Part shown: piece by piece, positions 63,792 to 64,000 of the stretch
Numbering within the stretch: position 1 is the stretch's first letter
Layout of the letters: the number at the start of each line of letters is the position of its first letter
Assembly: GCA_903879915.1 (NCBI GenBank)
Contig: CAIRNJ010000060.1
Coordinates: 12,412-76,411 of the forward strand
DNA: 64,000 nucleotides
Reading direction: 5' to 3'
Origin: an uncultured Elusimicrobia bacterium
GTDB taxonomy: Bacteria > Elusimicrobiota > Elusimicrobia > Elusimicrobiales > UBA9959
Notes under the pieces: generated by a model
What the model was told of the DNA's origin: nothing
The model's database searches: none
The model's input: the letters and a program-made list of their open reading frames with translations, nothing else
Made by a program: the position numbers and the translations under genes

Positions 63792-64000
63792 TCAGTATTT
63801 CTTCCCGTCCCAGCCTTCCAGCCTTTTAATGAACCGTTCGCGCGCTTCGCGGGCCGGGTAAGCCGCGGCAAGCTCCCGGGCGTGGTCGAGCGTAGCGCGC
63901 ATGTCGGCCACTTTCCGCGCCTTTACGTCCGGCGGGTCCCGGCGGGTGCCGTATTTAAGATACCCGACCCCGGCGGCGAAATAATCGTACAGCGACGCCG
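63792..64000 (-). CDS. C-terminal fragment of an upstream gene, probably the UbiU-like U32 partner (runs off right edge)
   Basis: Not in ORF track. The hand-translated open frame of 68 codons ends ...YLKYGTRRDPPDVKARKVADMRATLDHARELAAAYPAREARERFIKRLEGWDGKKY, with stop at 63792-63794, 1 nt from the next ATG. The call rests mainly on synteny with the 54612/53845 pair. Confidence 0.35.
   Translation of the reverse strand, partial: ASLYDYFAAGVGYLKYGTRRDPPDVKARKVADMRATLDHARELAAAYPAREARERFIKRLEGWDGKKY

Overview
High-GC window (GC judged by eye) from a diderm bacterium: it encodes LspA, porins and other outer-membrane barrels. No rRNA, tRNA or CRISPR array was recognised.

**Left ~11 kb (all minus strand), ordinary core genes plus one unusual module**
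- lspA fragment and ileS.
- A translationally coupled four-gene module: MotA, a FliF(ring)-FliG fusion, a Pro/Ala-rich coiled-coil protein, and MotB. No other flagellar gene is nearby.
- A histidine kinase with a CheY-like receiver.
- A PorV-like barrel fused to TPR repeats.

**11.2-12.4 kb:** an AT-rich island carrying a RayT/IS200-like HUH tyrosine transposase, bracketed by 20-nt inverted repeats.

**12.45 kb to the right edge (>51 kb, about 44 tightly packed ORFs):** one uninterrupted accessory megacluster containing:
- A NifH-like ATPase fused to a nitrogenase-component-1-like domain, plus a second component-1-like subunit.
- Nine radical-SAM-superfamily proteins: 2 SPASM/twitch-type, 5 B12-binding type (one with a degenerate Cys motif), and 2 HemN-like.
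- Five U32 (UbiU/UbiV-like) proteins.
- Three class I methyltransferases.
- Eight signal-peptide-bearing alkaline-phosphatase-superfamily paralogues. Six have the sulfatase fold with Thr/Ser instead of the formylglycine motif.
- A 103-aa exported protein ending in 15 consecutive His-Xaa-Ser repeats.
- An SsuABC-like importer with two binding proteins, an anion porin, and DMT and MFS transporters.
- SGNH/TPR proteins and a carbamoyltransferase cassette.

The nitrogenase-like, radical-SAM, U32 and His-Xaa-Ser combination is the candidate novel system. Its chemistry cannot be read from the sequence. Competing hypotheses are given in the findings.
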